This document shows, in pieces, positions 51,718 to 62,218 of a stretch of 64,000 nt of DNA. How positions within the stretch are numbered: position 1 is the stretch's first letter; each line of letters opens with the position of its first letter. The stretch comes from Dysgonamonadaceae bacterium (GTDB lineage: Bacteria; Bacteroidota; Bacteroidia; Bacteroidales; Dysgonomonadaceae). Both the position numbers and the translations under genes were made by a program. The stretch spans positions 2,255 to 66,254 of the forward strand of contig DAITIG010000003.1 in the NCBI GenBank assembly GCA_036837375.1, given 5' to 3'. The notes beneath the pieces are model-generated. The model saw nothing but the letters and a program-made list of their open reading frames with translations. It was not told the origin of the DNA and did no database searches.

Positions 51718-52872
51718 TCAGTAGGCATGGCCATCGCTGTTCAGATCATCCAGGCTCAGTTTCTTGCGCTCAAGCGCTCGCCAGGCATAGAAGATGTAGG
51801 CAGCCACTACCGGTACCAAGAGCGATACCACTGCCATCACTGAGAGGGTAAACTCACTGGAAGAGGAGTTCTGCAGGGTCAGCGAACTTTGCAGATCGAC
51901 CGTCGAGGGATAGTAGGCTGTGTTGTTATAGCCGGCAACAAGCAGCAACATGGTCACCGTGAGAATGGTTCCTGCTCCGGAGAACCAGACTCCTTTTTTG
52001 AAAGAGGAGCTGAAAACGGTTCGTATGATGCCGTAAAGAACTGCAACCACCCCCAGGAGGAAGAGAACCATCACCAGGGGCATCTGAATGAAGTTGTGCA
52101 GGTATTTCATCTTTTCCAGGTAGACCTCTTTGGTGACGGGATCTACGGCATACCCATCTGCTAAAAGTGTCCAGATCAGGAAGATCAGAAAAAGAACCAC
52201 AAAAGGGAGTCCGTTGAACAACACGAACTTGCGGGAGCGTTTTTCCAGGGTCTCGTGACTGAGACGATTCACAAAAAAGAGACTCGCCTGGGTACGTGCC
52301 AGGAAAAAGATGGCCAATCCCAGTGTCAGGTTGCGCGGGTTACCCAGCAGCTCCAACCCGTGTAGCGGGTTCTGCCACTGGCTGATCACCGGACCAACTG
52401 TGCCCAATCCTGCGATATTACCCTTACTCATCATGAACTCTGATCCGGTAAAGAAAGTGGCGACCAGCACGCCCAACAGGAAGGTGCCGAGCAGACCGTT
52501 CACAAAGAGAAAGTTACGATAGACACCGGCACCAAAGATGTTACCAGGTTTCGACTGAAACTCGTAAGAAACTGCCTGCAGCACGAAGCAGAAGAGCAGG
52601 ATCATCCATGCCCAGTAAGCCCCCCCGAAGCTGGTGGAATAGAAAAGCGGAAAGGAGGCAAAGAAAGCACCCCCAAAAGTTACCAGTGTGGTGAATGTAT
52701 ATTCCCATTTCCTGCCGAGCGCATTCACCAGCAACCTTTTTTCATCTTCTTCCCGGGAGAGGGAGTGTAGCATGGACTGTCCACCCTGTACGAATAGCAG
52801 GAACACCAGTAATCCGCCGAGCAGCGACATGATGAACCACCAATATTGTTGCAGAAATTCGTATGTGATCAT
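51718..52872 (-). CDS. cydB: Cytochrome bd oxidase subunit II
   Basis: LQQYWW, GRKWEYTFTTLVTFGGAFFASFP and SLTLQNSSSS. Confidence 0.95.
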   Translation of the reverse strand: MITYEFLQQYWWFIMSLLGGLLVFLLFVQGGQSMLHSLSREEDEKRLLVNALGRKWEYTFTTLVTFGGAFFASFPLFYSTSFGGAYWAWMILLFCFVLQAVSYEFQSKPGNIFGAGVYRNFLFVNGLLGTFLLGVLVATFFTGSEFMMSKGNIAGLGTVGPVISQWQNPLHGLELLGNPRNLTLGLAIFFLARTQASLFFVNRLSHETLEKRSRKFVLFNGLPFVVLFLIFLIWTLLADGYAVDPVTKEVYLEKMKYLHNFIQMPLVMVLFLLGVVAVLYGIIRTVFSSSFKKGVWFSGAGTILTVTMLLLVAGYNNTAYYPSTVDLQSSLTLQNSSSSEFTLSVMAVVSLLVPVVAAYIFYAWRALERKKLSLDDLNSDGHAY

Positions 52873-52908
52873 AATGTTATTCTTTTAGTCCGTTCAATCT
52901 GTATGAAA

Positions 52909-54468
52909 TCAAGTATTCAGCTCTTCACTATCGGGTCCTTTTCTGATCTGTTTCACCATGATGGTCACCTCTGCAACCAGCAGACTGGTGAAAAGCAGGG
53001 CAAAGAGGATGAAAGAGGTGATTACATTCTGAGCAGATATTGCCGAGGAGGAAGCCTGTACCGGTAGAATATCCTGGATGGTCCAGGGTTGTCTCCCTAC
53101 CTCGGCCACCACCCATCCCAACTGAGAGGCAAGGTAGGCCAGTGGGAGGCTCCAGAGGGCCACATACTGCAGCCAGCGGCTATTGACCATATCTTTCTTA
53201 TAAAGGAAGTATAGCATGACCACGAAGAAGAGGATGAAATATATCCCGATGATCACCATCAGGTGAAAGCTATAGAAGGTGAGCGGGATGTTGGGTATCA
53301 GATCCTCTTCCGTCTCGAGATATCCATATCCGAAGTGGGCATAATTCTCCCGCAGGATGGTCTCATGGTTGGCAGCATCGGCATCACGTCCCTCCTTCTT
53401 TGCTGTTTGGTAGTCAGCCAGCGCCTGAATGGCTTTCAACCCTCTCTCCCGCCGTTCCTGAAAAGAGAGGGAAGTGGTTCCGTCGGGAAGGAGGTAACCA
53501 CCCTCAATGATATCCGCAACGCCGGGCACAAAGGCGTTGATATCCCTGTAACCCAGCAGGGAAAGCAACTTTGGGATTTCAATCTTGAAGATATAGGGGT
53601 CCACATCGTCGTTGTATTTTTCCTTGGCAGGGTTGAGCATGCCTACGGCCACCAATCCGGCGCCCTCGGTACCCTTGTAGAGACCCTCCATGGCAGCTAG
53701 CTTCATGGGTTGCTTCTGTGCCACGTGATAGGCAGAACCGTCACCGGTGACCGCCAGCATGATGAATGACACCAGTCCAACCAGCGAGCCGATCTTCAAG
53801 CTCTTGATGGCAAAGTCGGTATGCCGGCTTTTCAGCAGGTACCATCCTGAGATGGCAACCACAAAGGCGGCACCCATGGCCCAGCAGGAGAAGGTGGCGT
53901 GGAGGAACTTGTTGTAAGCCACAGGAGAGAATGTTACTGCCCAGAAATCGGTCATCTCGTTGCGTACCGAGTCGGGGTTAAATTCCATGCCAGTGGGATA
54001 TTGCATCCAGGCGTTAGCCACCAGAATCCAGAAAGCGGAGAGGGAGGCACCCACGAAAACCAGCCAGGTGGATGCCAGGTGCATTTTTTTGCTGACCCTG
54101 TTCCATCCGAAGAACATGATGGAGACAAAGGTAGCCTCTAAGAAAAAAGCTAAGATTCCCTCTATGGCGAGGGGAGCACCGAAGATATCACCCACGAACC
54201 AGCTGTAGTTGGACCAGTTGGTACCGAACTGAAACTCGAGGATGATGCCGGTTGCGATGCCGATGGCAAAGTTGATTCCAAAGATTTTCTGCCAGAACTT
54301 GGTGGCTGTTTTCCATTTCATGTCCCCTGTTTTCACGTAGAGACTCTCCATGATGGCCATGATGAGACCCAGTCCGATGGTGAGTGGAACGAACAGCCAG
54401 TGATAACCGGCTGTCAGCGCAAATTGCCCCCTAGACCAGTTTACTGCAGATGCACTTAATAGATCCAT
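52909..54468 (-). CDS. cydA: Cytochrome bd oxidase subunit I
   Basis: YHWLFVP, EFQFGTNW, KFLH, QPMKLAAME and EVGRQPW. Confidence 0.97.
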   Translation of the reverse strand: MDLLSASAVNWSRGQFALTAGYHWLFVPLTIGLGLIMAIMESLYVKTGDMKWKTATKFWQKIFGINFAIGIATGIILEFQFGTNWSNYSWFVGDIFGAPLAIEGILAFFLEATFVSIMFFGWNRVSKKMHLASTWLVFVGASLSAFWILVANAWMQYPTGMEFNPDSVRNEMTDFWAVTFSPVAYNKFLHATFSCWAMGAAFVVAISGWYLLKSRHTDFAIKSLKIGSLVGLVSFIMLAVTGDGSAYHVAQKQPMKLAAMEGLYKGTEGAGLVAVGMLNPAKEKYNDDVDPYIFKIEIPKLLSLLGYRDINAFVPGVADIIEGGYLLPDGTTSLSFQERRERGLKAIQALADYQTAKKEGRDADAANHETILRENYAHFGYGYLETEEDLIPNIPLTFYSFHLMVIIGIYFILFFVVMLYFLYKKDMVNSRWLQYVALWSLPLAYLASQLGWVVAEVGRQPWTIQDILPVQASSSAISAQNVITSFILFALLFTSLLVAEVTIMVKQIRKGPDSEELNT

Positions 54469-54548
54469 AAATATCTTTTTTTAGGTTTGTTGGTTCATTT
54501 GATTTCCATTCCCATAATTGCTGTGATTGGTGATACAAAAAAAGCTTG

Positions 54549-54857
54549 TCAGGCCTCCCCCATCCCACCCAGGGGTGGCAGAAAGCCAGGGTCGTTTTGA
54601 ATACGAATGGGGCCGTTCTGTTGCTCAAAGTTGTCAATGTTCTCTTTCAGGGCATGCAACAACCGTTTTGCATGTTCAGGTGTCAGGATGATCCTGGACT
54701 TCACCTTGGCTTTTTGCATACCTGGTACGATGCGAATGAAATCGATCACAAACTCTGATATGGAGTGCGAAATGACCGCCAGATTAGAGTAGATTCCCTG
54801 TGCAACCTCTTCACTTAGTTCGATTTGTATCTGGGTATCCTTGTTAAATTGTTCCAT
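54549..54857 (-). CDS. DUF3467 protein
   Basis: GIYSNLAVISHS, EFVIDF and SRIILTPEHAKRL. Confidence 0.85.
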   Translation of the reverse strand: MEQFNKDTQIQIELSEEVAQGIYSNLAVISHSISEFVIDFIRIVPGMQKAKVKSRIILTPEHAKRLLHALKENIDNFEQQNGPIRIQNDPGFLPPLGGMGEA

Positions 54858-54939
54858 AGTGATGCTGTGATGTGGGTGCTGTATAAAGATATTCTAAATA
54901 AGGTAAACAAAGAAAAATAATTTTTCCTTATCTACAAAG

Positions 54940-54977
54940 AAAAAAGGGATAATCTTTCCCGATTGATCCCTTTTTTT
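54940..54977 (-). terminator. Intrinsic terminator after ald
   Basis: aaaaaagggat-aatc / gatt-g-atccctttttt inverted repeat. Confidence 0.75.
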
Positions 54978-55028
54978 GAGGAGCAGCAGATGCACCCTCC
55001 TGTAACGGCCTGCGTTACGTTGATACCA

Positions 55029-56135
55029 CTACCACCGTAGCTCCGTGTAGGGCAGATCCAGCGAATCAGCCACATTTTTATAGACCACCTCTCCATTGAG
55101 GATGTTGAGGCCCTGCCTGAGATCTTCATATCGCTTGCAGGCCTCTTCCCATCCATATTCAGCCAGCCTGGTCACATAGGGCAGCGTGGCATTGGTCAAT
55201 GCCCGGGTGGAGGTAACAGGTACCGCCCCCGGCATATTGGCCACACAGTAATGGACGATGCCATCCACCTCATAAATCGGGTCCATATGGGTTGTGGAAT
55301 GGGTTGTTTCGAAACATCCTCCCTGGTCGACAGAGACATCAATCATCACCGTGCCGGGAGTCATCTCTTTGAGCATCTCACGTGACACCAGGTGTGGTGC
55401 TTTTGCGCCGACAATCAGAGTGGCTCCTATCACCAGATCGGCACTCCTGAGTGATTCTCTGATTGACATCTCTGTGGAATAGAGCGTCTTCACGTTAGAG
55501 GGAAGCACCTCGGAGAGGTAGCGAAGTCGGTTCAGGTTGACATCCAGCAATTTAACATTTGCACCCAAACCGGCTGCCATCAGTGCTGCATTGTGTCCTA
55601 CCACACCGGCACCGATGATCACCACTTCGGCCGAACTGACACCCGGCACACCCCCCAACAGCACCCCTTTACCACCTTGAGGTTTCTCCAGGTATTTTGC
55701 TCCCTGTTGTACCGAGAGCCTGCCGGCCACCTCGCTCATAGGGGTGAGCAGTGGCAGCGCTCCCTGCCGGTCCATCACCGTCTCATAGGCGATGCATACG
55801 GCACCGCTCTCCATCATTGCTCCGGTCAGTTTCTTGTTGGAAGCAAAATGGAAGTAGGTAAAGAGCACCTGTCCTTTCCGGATCAGCCCATATTCACGCT
55901 CCAAGGGCTCCTTCACTTTTACAATCATGTCAGCAGCAGCGTATATCTCCTCAATGGTATCCAATATCATGGCTCCCGCCTGCTGATAACGCTCATCGGG
56001 CAGATTGCTGCCTTCACCGGCACTCTTCTGCAGATAGACGGTATGCCCTCTACGGGTCAGCTCCATCACTCCGGCAGGAGTCATGGCTACCCTGCCCTCT
56101 TGTGGTTTGATCTCTTTCGGTATTCCAATAATCAT
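55029..56135 (-). CDS. ald: Alanine dehydrogenase
   Basis: GIPKEIK, KVKEP, PMSEVAGR, GAGVVG, DQGGC and VANMPG; -7 element at 56238-56245. Confidence 0.97.
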   Translation of the reverse strand: MIIGIPKEIKPQEGRVAMTPAGVMELTRRGHTVYLQKSAGEGSNLPDERYQQAGAMILDTIEEIYAAADMIVKVKEPLEREYGLIRKGQVLFTYFHFASNKKLTGAMMESGAVCIAYETVMDRQGALPLLTPMSEVAGRLSVQQGAKYLEKPQGGKGVLLGGVPGVSSAEVVIIGAGVVGHNAALMAAGLGANVKLLDVNLNRLRYLSEVLPSNVKTLYSTEMSIRESLRSADLVIGATLIVGAKAPHLVSREMLKEMTPGTVMIDVSVDQGGCFETTHSTTHMDPIYEVDGIVHYCVANMPGAVPVTSTRALTNATLPYVTRLAEYGWEEACKRYEDLRQGLNILNGEVVYKNVADSLDLPYTELRW

Positions 56136-56430
56136 AATAGCAATGTAAAATTTTGATTGTTATAATTTTGTTAAGGCAATAAATGCCGCCAGATGAATCC
56201 TCCTCACAGGAATAAAAGACAGCTGACCGGACAACTACAAAAGTAGAGAGAAAAATAAAAAAAGCAACCTGATGATCTATTTTTTTCATCTTTTTCTCAC
56301 GTTTTTTTCGCCTACTGCAAAAATCTTTCTTCACTCTTTGGGTAAATAATTTCATTAATTGCAGATTTAATCGTATTTTTGTGATATAAAATTGAATCAC
56401 GATTATCATCCAAATTAAAAAAATAAGCTT

Positions 56431-57423
56431 ATGGTAAGTTATAAAGAATTGGGTCTTGTAAACTCAAAAGAGTTGTTCAAGAAAGCGGTAGATGGCGGTT
56501 ATGCCATTCCGGCTTTTAACTTCAACAACATGGAACAGCTGCAGGCCATCATATCGGCCTGCGTGGAAACCAAATCACCCGTGATCCTGCAGGTCTCCAG
56601 CGGTGCCCGCAAGTATGCCAACCAAACGCTGCTGCGCTACATGGCACAGGGGGCGGTACAGTATGCCAAAGAACTGGGATATGAGATCCCCATTGTGTTG
56701 CACCTTGACCATGGTGACAGCTTCGAACTCTGCAAGGATTGTATCGAAAGCGGCTTCTCGTCGGTGATGATCGACGGTTCACATCTCCCTTACGAGGAGA
56801 ACATCGCACTCACCAGGAAGGTGGTGGAATACGCTCATCAGCATGATGTGACCGTTGAGGGTGAGTTGGGTGTGCTGGCTGGAATTGAGGATGATGTGCA
56901 GGCAGAGCATCACACCTATACCGAACCGGATGAGGTGGTTGACTTTGTGTCGCGCACCGGTGTTGACTCACTGGCCATCTCCATCGGCACCTCTCACGGA
57001 GCGTTCAAGTTTACACCTGAGCAGTGTACCCGCAACGAAGAGGGCCTGCTGGTTCCGCCGCCGTTGCGTTTCGATATCCTGGAGGAGATTGAAAAACGGA
57101 TCCCCGGCTTCCCCATCGTGTTGCACGGATCCTCCTCCGTACCGCAGAAATATGTAGAGACCATCAACAAGTATGGCGGCAAGCTGGCTGACTCCATCGG
57201 TATCCCCGAAGAGCAGTTGCGCAGGGCAGCCAAGTCGGCTGTCTGCAAAATCAACATCGACTCCGACGGACGTCTGGCAATGACGGCTGCCATCCGCGAG
57301 GTGTTAGCCACCAAGCCGGCTGAGTTTGACCCCCGCAAGTACCTGGGACCGGCTCGCGAGGAGTTGAAGAAACTTTACATGCACAAAACGGAGAAAGTGC
57401 TGGGCAGTGCCGGAAAGGCGTGA
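56431..57423 (+). CDS. fba: Class II fructose-bisphosphate aldolase
   Basis: LHLDHG, VEGELG, GTSHG, VLHGSS, KINIDSD and DPRKYL; -7 element TATTTTTG at 56374-56381. Confidence 0.96.
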   Translation: MVSYKELGLVNSKELFKKAVDGGYAIPAFNFNNMEQLQAIISACVETKSPVILQVSSGARKYANQTLLRYMAQGAVQYAKELGYEIPIVLHLDHGDSFELCKDCIESGFSSVMIDGSHLPYEENIALTRKVVEYAHQHDVTVEGELGVLAGIEDDVQAEHHTYTEPDEVVDFVSRTGVDSLAISIGTSHGAFKFTPEQCTRNEEGLLVPPPLRFDILEEIEKRIPGFPIVLHGSSSVPQKYVETINKYGGKLADSIGIPEEQLRRAAKSAVCKINIDSDGRLAMTAAIREVLATKPAEFDPRKYLGPAREELKKLYMHKTEKVLGSAGKA

Positions 57424-57438
57424 CCCAACCTAACCCAT

Positions 57439-57472
57439 AAAAAGAGACTGTTCAGCTGAACAGTCTCTTTTT
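57439..57472. terminator. Bidirectional terminator, perfect 34-bp palindrome
   Basis: AAAAAGAGACTGTTCAGCTGAACAGTCTCTTTTT between convergent fba and malQ. Confidence 0.9.
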
Positions 57473-57507
57473 GTGTGTGGTTTTTTCGAATAGATTTAGA
57501 TCATGCT

Positions 57508-60180
57508 TTACATTCTGTAACTCATCTCAGCAAGCCGCTCGTTGAATGCAGATTCTTTCAGCAGCTCTTCGAGTGTGAGGTGCATACGGTAACGCCAGTA
57601 ATGCTCGGGGTTGGCTGGGACATTGATCCGTTCGGCCGACACATCGGGATTGCGTAGCCGCTCATCGAGCGACATCCAGTCCTGCCAGGGAAGGATCACC
57701 CACATGGCTGTCGACCGCATATGGGCAGCGATGATCTCACTGCATATGGCGGTGGTACATTCCTTAGGTGCTGTTCCTTCATGATGCAGCACCTGGTTGT
57801 AGTATCGCTGAGTCACCTCCCTGTTCTCCAGCCACCAGCTGCGTAGGGGTGACATGTCATGTGTGGAGGTGGTGCAGACAGAGAGATAAGGTAGCCATTC
57901 CAGGTTGGTGAATTCTACGCTGGAATCCTTCGGCATCCGTTGGATCTCCAGGCTGAGTATCTGAAGTTCATGCATCACCGAGGGAACACAATCGGGAACC
58001 ATCCCCAGATCCTCCCCACAGACAAGCATGGGGGTGGATGAGATCAGCACCGGTAATTTTTTCATTGCCTGTTCACGCCAGAAATAGTTGTGGCGATGAT
58101 AAAAGAAATCGTTATAGAGGCGATTGAAGGCCTCTTTCACATGCTCATCCAGGTATCGGTAGGAATAGGAATATTGTGCGGTGATACGGGGATGGAAGCG
58201 ATTATGATCGAGCGGATCTCTTACAAAGAGCACTTCGGTGCAAAGCGAATATAGCCCGTCGCGCAACCGGATTGACTGCTCATCCTGCTCACCTTCAAAA
58301 AGATGCTTGATCTTTCGCTGGGTATCACAAAAGCTCTTCAGCCTGAAACGCTGCCAACCCGACACTTCAAGGTATCTTTCTTTCACCTCATCAGCCAACG
58401 CTCCAAAAATGTCCGGCAGGAACTGTTCATGAATGAACGGCTGTACCATTCGTTCCTCATCAAAAGGAATGCCGGCACGGTTGATCTCTTCGGCCCAGTA
58501 GGGCAACGCAGGACTGAAATGCCCCAGCAATCCCTGAACAGCGTCTAGTGGGATCTCCCAGATGCGGAAGAAACCCAGGATATGATCGATACGATAGGCG
58601 TCGAAATAGTCGGTCATCTTCCTGAAGCGGTTGATCCACCAGGAGTAGCCCTCTTTCTCCATGGCATACCAGTTATAAGTGGGGAATCCCCAGTTTTGGC
58701 CGAAGAATGAGAAATCATCGGGAGGTGCACCACTCTGCGTATCCATGTTGAAGAGATTGGGAGAGGTCCATGCTTCTATGCTGTCTCGGTTGATCCCGAT
58801 CGGGATATCCCCTTTCAGTGTTACACCTCTCGTGTGGGCATATGCTTTGACCGAAGAGAACTGTATGTGTAGAAGGTATTGCACGAAATACCAGTAGTAT
58901 GTCTCTTCAACTGCCTCAGGATCGGCAGCCAGCATCCCTCTCAGTTGTGCCTCGTTGTATGCAGCGAAGCTGTTCCACTCCCTGAAATTGGCCGTACCAT
59001 ACCGGTCACGCAGGGTGCAATAGCAGGCATAGGAAAAAAGCCATTGTTGGTTATTTGCAAAGAATGTTTTGTATGCTTCCGATGAGAGCATATCTGCGCC
59101 CTTTTCATGGAAAAGCGCTTTTGTATAATCATGCTTGAGCAACAATACCTTTTCATAATCAATCTCTTTCAGTTGGTTGAGCGCTGCTGCCTGCTGAAGA
59201 AAAGCTTTCTGTTTCTTTTTATCTTTCAGCGGGTAGTCGCTGCATCCCAGGTAAATGGGATGAAGGGCATAAATCGATATGGTACTGTAGGGGTAAGAAT
59301 CTTTCCATGTCCAAGTGGTGGTGGTATCGTTCACTGGCAGCAGTTGTATCACCTGTTGACGGGTGATCGATGCCCAATCGACCATCTTCCGCAGGTCGGC
59401 AAAGTCACCGATGCCAAAGCTCTGTTTTGTTCTCAGTGAGAACAGAGGCACAGCCGTTCCGGTTCCTTTGAATGTGAAGCCCGGGTAACGATATTGCAGC
59501 GACATCTCAACCTTGACCACACCCGCCACTTTCGCGGCACGGGCATCCAGAACCCTGTCCGGGCCATCCTCCCAATGCAGCACTTCACCACTTTGGTTAT
59601 CCACTATCACAAATTTATACGCAGAGCGATCGGGTAGCTGGCTGGCATCGAGCATTACCTGCCATTCACCGTTGTTCACACAGGTGAGAGGCAATGCTTT
59701 CACCGGATCCCAACCACCCAGCAGCGGACTTTCTCCGCAAAGAGCCACTTTCTGGTTGCGATAAACGAAGGGGCAGATCACGTTCAGCAGCAGGGAGCGG
59801 GAATGATATTTTTGGGGAAGTGGTTCTTTTGGATGCAAGCAGATGCTGTCTGTGAAGACCGACGAGTAGAGATATGCATGATAGGGCTTATCTTTCCAAT
59901 GATCCTGCACCAGATAGGCTTTCTTGCCCTTGATGACGTGGAGCTGGCGGTGACTGCCCCACTCCCGCCGGATGACACTTCCCCCTTGCCGCACCAGGTA
60001 GTAGTAATTGAGGGTACCGGTCACCTTCATCTGCAGGGTGACACTCCATATGTCGCCATTGCATTCAAGCGGCAATGCCTTTTCCTCATCGAACTGTCCC
60101 ATTTCCGGTGTCGATCCGCAAAGAGATACCTGTTGACCCCAGGTAGTATGGTAATTGAGTTGAAATGTAAGAAGAGCCAT
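57508..60180 (-). CDS. malQ: 4-alpha-glucanotransferase GH77 with two N-terminal CBM20 (DPE2-like)
   Basis: TTWGQ/LGGWD CBM20; SYPYS, GDIPIG, GQNWGFP, RIDHILGFFRIW, GEDLG and STHD; -7 element at 60261-60268. Confidence 0.95.
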   Translation of the reverse strand: MALLTFQLNYHTTWGQQVSLCGSTPEMGQFDEEKALPLECNGDIWSVTLQMKVTGTLNYYYLVRQGGSVIRREWGSHRQLHVIKGKKAYLVQDHWKDKPYHAYLYSSVFTDSICLHPKEPLPQKYHSRSLLLNVICPFVYRNQKVALCGESPLLGGWDPVKALPLTCVNNGEWQVMLDASQLPDRSAYKFVIVDNQSGEVLHWEDGPDRVLDARAAKVAGVVKVEMSLQYRYPGFTFKGTGTAVPLFSLRTKQSFGIGDFADLRKMVDWASITRQQVIQLLPVNDTTTTWTWKDSYPYSTISIYALHPIYLGCSDYPLKDKKKQKAFLQQAAALNQLKEIDYEKVLLLKHDYTKALFHEKGADMLSSEAYKTFFANNQQWLFSYACYCTLRDRYGTANFREWNSFAAYNEAQLRGMLAADPEAVEETYYWYFVQYLLHIQFSSVKAYAHTRGVTLKGDIPIGINRDSIEAWTSPNLFNMDTQSGAPPDDFSFFGQNWGFPTYNWYAMEKEGYSWWINRFRKMTDYFDAYRIDHILGFFRIWEIPLDAVQGLLGHFSPALPYWAEEINRAGIPFDEERMVQPFIHEQFLPDIFGALADEVKERYLEVSGWQRFRLKSFCDTQRKIKHLFEGEQDEQSIRLRDGLYSLCTEVLFVRDPLDHNRFHPRITAQYSYSYRYLDEHVKEAFNRLYNDFFYHRHNYFWREQAMKKLPVLISSTPMLVCGEDLGMVPDCVPSVMHELQILSLEIQRMPKDSSVEFTNLEWLPYLSVCTTSTHDMSPLRSWWLENREVTQRYYNQVLHHEGTAPKECTTAICSEIIAAHMRSTAMWVILPWQDWMSLDERLRNPDVSAERINVPANPEHYWRYRMHLTLEELLKESAFNERLAEMSYRM

Positions 60181-60323
60181 TCCGATTCTTTAGTTAAGCC
60201 ATTGTCACGGGAGGAGGTCCCATTGAAATGGTCTGTGTATTAAATTCGTGTCATCGACCACAAATCTACGACGAAACAGATCGAAATAGATCGCTTGCAT
60301 GGATCATTTGGATAAAATCGTGT

Positions 60324-60335
60324 GCAATCGATTGC
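60324..60335. promoter_or_regulatory. LacI-family-type operator GCAATCGATTGC upstream of malQ
   Basis: Perfect 12-bp palindrome with central CG, ~56 bp upstream of the malQ -7 element. Confidence 0.55.
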
Positions 60336-60374
60336 GACCTTCAAAATTGATCTTGTGCAGGCTGATGAATTCAT

Positions 60375-62045
60375 TCAGAGAAAAATAAGGATCAACAGCT
60401 GAGCAGATATGACCCTGAGGAACATGGTGAGCGGATAAACTGTTGCATAGCTCACGGCAGGTACATCATTGCCGGCGCTGGCATTGGCATAGGCCAGTGC
60501 CGGCGGGTCGGTCATGCTTCCCGCAATCAGACCCATCAGGGTGAAATAGTTCAGCTTGCAAACCTTGCGACCGATCAGACCAATGATCAGGAGCGGTAAG
60601 AGAGTGATGATCACCCCATAGTCAATCCACAGGTAGCCACCGTTGAGAACCGTTTCCACGAAGTTGCCTCCTGCCCCCAGCCCCACGCAGGCAAGGAAGA
60701 TGGCGATGCCGATCTCTCGTAACATCAGGTTGGCACTCATGGTGGTATAGGTGACCAGCTTGTATCTGGGGCCGAAGGTGCTGATCAGAATGGCAACGAT
60801 GAGCGGTCCTCCGGCGAGACCCAGCTTCACCGGCTGTGGAATGCCGGGGATCACGAAAGGGATGCTACCCACCAGTACACCAATGGCAATACCGATGAAG
60901 ATGGAGATCAGGTTGGGTTCACGCAGTCTCTTCAATGAGTTACCCAAAAACTTCTCTACGCTGGCAATTGCCTCCTCCGTACCGACCACGGTAACACGGT
61001 CGCCCAACTGTAGTTGCAGCCGGCTGTCGGCGATCAGATCTACCCCGGCACGGTTCACCCTGGTGATGTTGATACCAAAAAGGTTCCGCAGGCGCAGGCT
61101 ACCGATGGAACGGCCGTTGATAGCCGAGCGGGTGATGGCAATCCTGCGCGACACAAGCTGGGAGTCAAGTTTTTGCCACTCCTCCCGGTTCATGTCGATC
61201 CGTTTACCGATCAGTGCTTCAATTGCTTCAATATTCTTCAGGTTAGAAACCACCAACAGCTTGTCTCCCGCCAGAAGCTTTGTATCTGTCTGTGGAACAA
61301 CCAGCTCACCTGTCTGTGTGTGCAACACGCGGGATATCACAAACTCACGGTCCAGCAGCTTTTTGATCTCCCTGATGGTTTTCCCCATGATGGCTGGGTT
61401 CAGCACAGTGAGGGAGAACATCTGCGCTTCGGTCTGTCTCGATTCGCTGAGCTGATCCAGTTGGCTGTTTTCCTGTGCCATATTGATACGGAAGATATAG
61501 CGGAAGAGGAGCAACGAGAGGATAATGCCCACCACGCCCAGTGGGTAGGCCACAGCATATGCGGTGGCGATGGTTGGATCGGTAGCACCGGTTGCATCGG
61601 CAAAGGTCTGCTGTGCGGCACCCAGTCCGGGTGTATTGGTTACCGCTCCTGAGAGGATCCCCACCATGGTAGCGATGGGCAGTCCGGTAATCAGGTGAAT
61701 CACGATGGTGATGGTTACCCCAAGCAGCACCACACCGGATGCCAACAGGTTGAGTGTGACGCCCCCCTGCTTGAATGAAGAGAAGAAGCTGGGGCCAACC
61801 TGCATACCAATGGAGAAGATAAAAAGTATCAGTCCGAACTCTTTCAGGAAATTGAGCAGTTCGGGTTCAATCTGAAGTCCCAGGTGACCAAGGAAAATAC
61901 CGAAAAAGAGGATCCAGGTAGTACCCAATGAGATCCCGAAAATTTTTATCTTACCCAGCAGCAGTCCCACTGCAATCACCACTGCCAGGATCAGGATCGA
62001 GTGTGCAATCCCCGGTCCACTAATCAGTTCTACTAACCATTCCAT
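60375..62045 (-). CDS. AspT/YidE/YbjL family transporter with TrkA-C domains
   Basis: [29 protein letters not shown] and YATVYPL duplicated motifs; -7 element at 62079-62086. Confidence 0.93.
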   Translation of the reverse strand: MEWLVELISGPGIAHSILILAVVIAVGLLLGKIKIFGISLGTTWILFFGIFLGHLGLQIEPELLNFLKEFGLILFIFSIGMQVGPSFFSSFKQGGVTLNLLASGVVLLGVTITIVIHLITGLPIATMVGILSGAVTNTPGLGAAQQTFADATGATDPTIATAYAVAYPLGVVGIILSLLLFRYIFRINMAQENSQLDQLSESRQTEAQMFSLTVLNPAIMGKTIREIKKLLDREFVISRVLHTQTGELVVPQTDTKLLAGDKLLVVSNLKNIEAIEALIGKRIDMNREEWQKLDSQLVSRRIAITRSAINGRSIGSLRLRNLFGINITRVNRAGVDLIADSRLQLQLGDRVTVVGTEEAIASVEKFLGNSLKRLREPNLISIFIGIAIGVLVGSIPFVIPGIPQPVKLGLAGGPLIVAILISTFGPRYKLVTYTTMSANLMLREIGIAIFLACVGLGAGGNFVETVLNGGYLWIDYGVIITLLPLLIIGLIGRKVCKLNYFTLMGLIAGSMTDPPALAYANASAGNDVPAVSYATVYPLTMFLRVISAQLLILIFL

Positions 62046-62095
62046 TCTGTCAATAACCTAAAATTGTGTAACAAGCTGCAAAGGTAAACCTTTTT

Positions 62096-62218
62096 TCACT
62101 TCTTTACAAAAGTTGCAGCTACCCAATGATCCATCTCGGCTAAATGATCGAAGGTGAGTCCCAGCTCTTCCGCTTTTGAGCGGATAGAGGGGAGCTCATC
62201 CAGGTAAAATCCGCTCAT
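62096..62218 (-). pseudogene. prmA: 3' remnant (last 40 codons) of ribosomal protein L11 methyltransferase
   Basis: Translates to MSGFYLDELPSIRSKAEELGLTFDHLAEMDHWVAATFVKK*, matching the Bacteroidales PrmA C-terminus pattern (MSGFY..D.P.I...A...GL........W.A..F); in-frame TGA 8 codons upstream. Confidence 0.7.

Noticed and set aside
56160..56207. Short Ala-containing ORF (MRRIHLAAFIALTKL) in the ald leader as an attenuator peptide
   Set aside because: GTG start, only three Ala codons and no convincing terminator/antiterminator
62155..62218. Alternative hairpins (tccgct/agcgga versus tgagcggat/atccgctca) as a riboswitch
   Set aside because: They lie upstream of the transporter's -7 element and are better explained as prmA coding remnant
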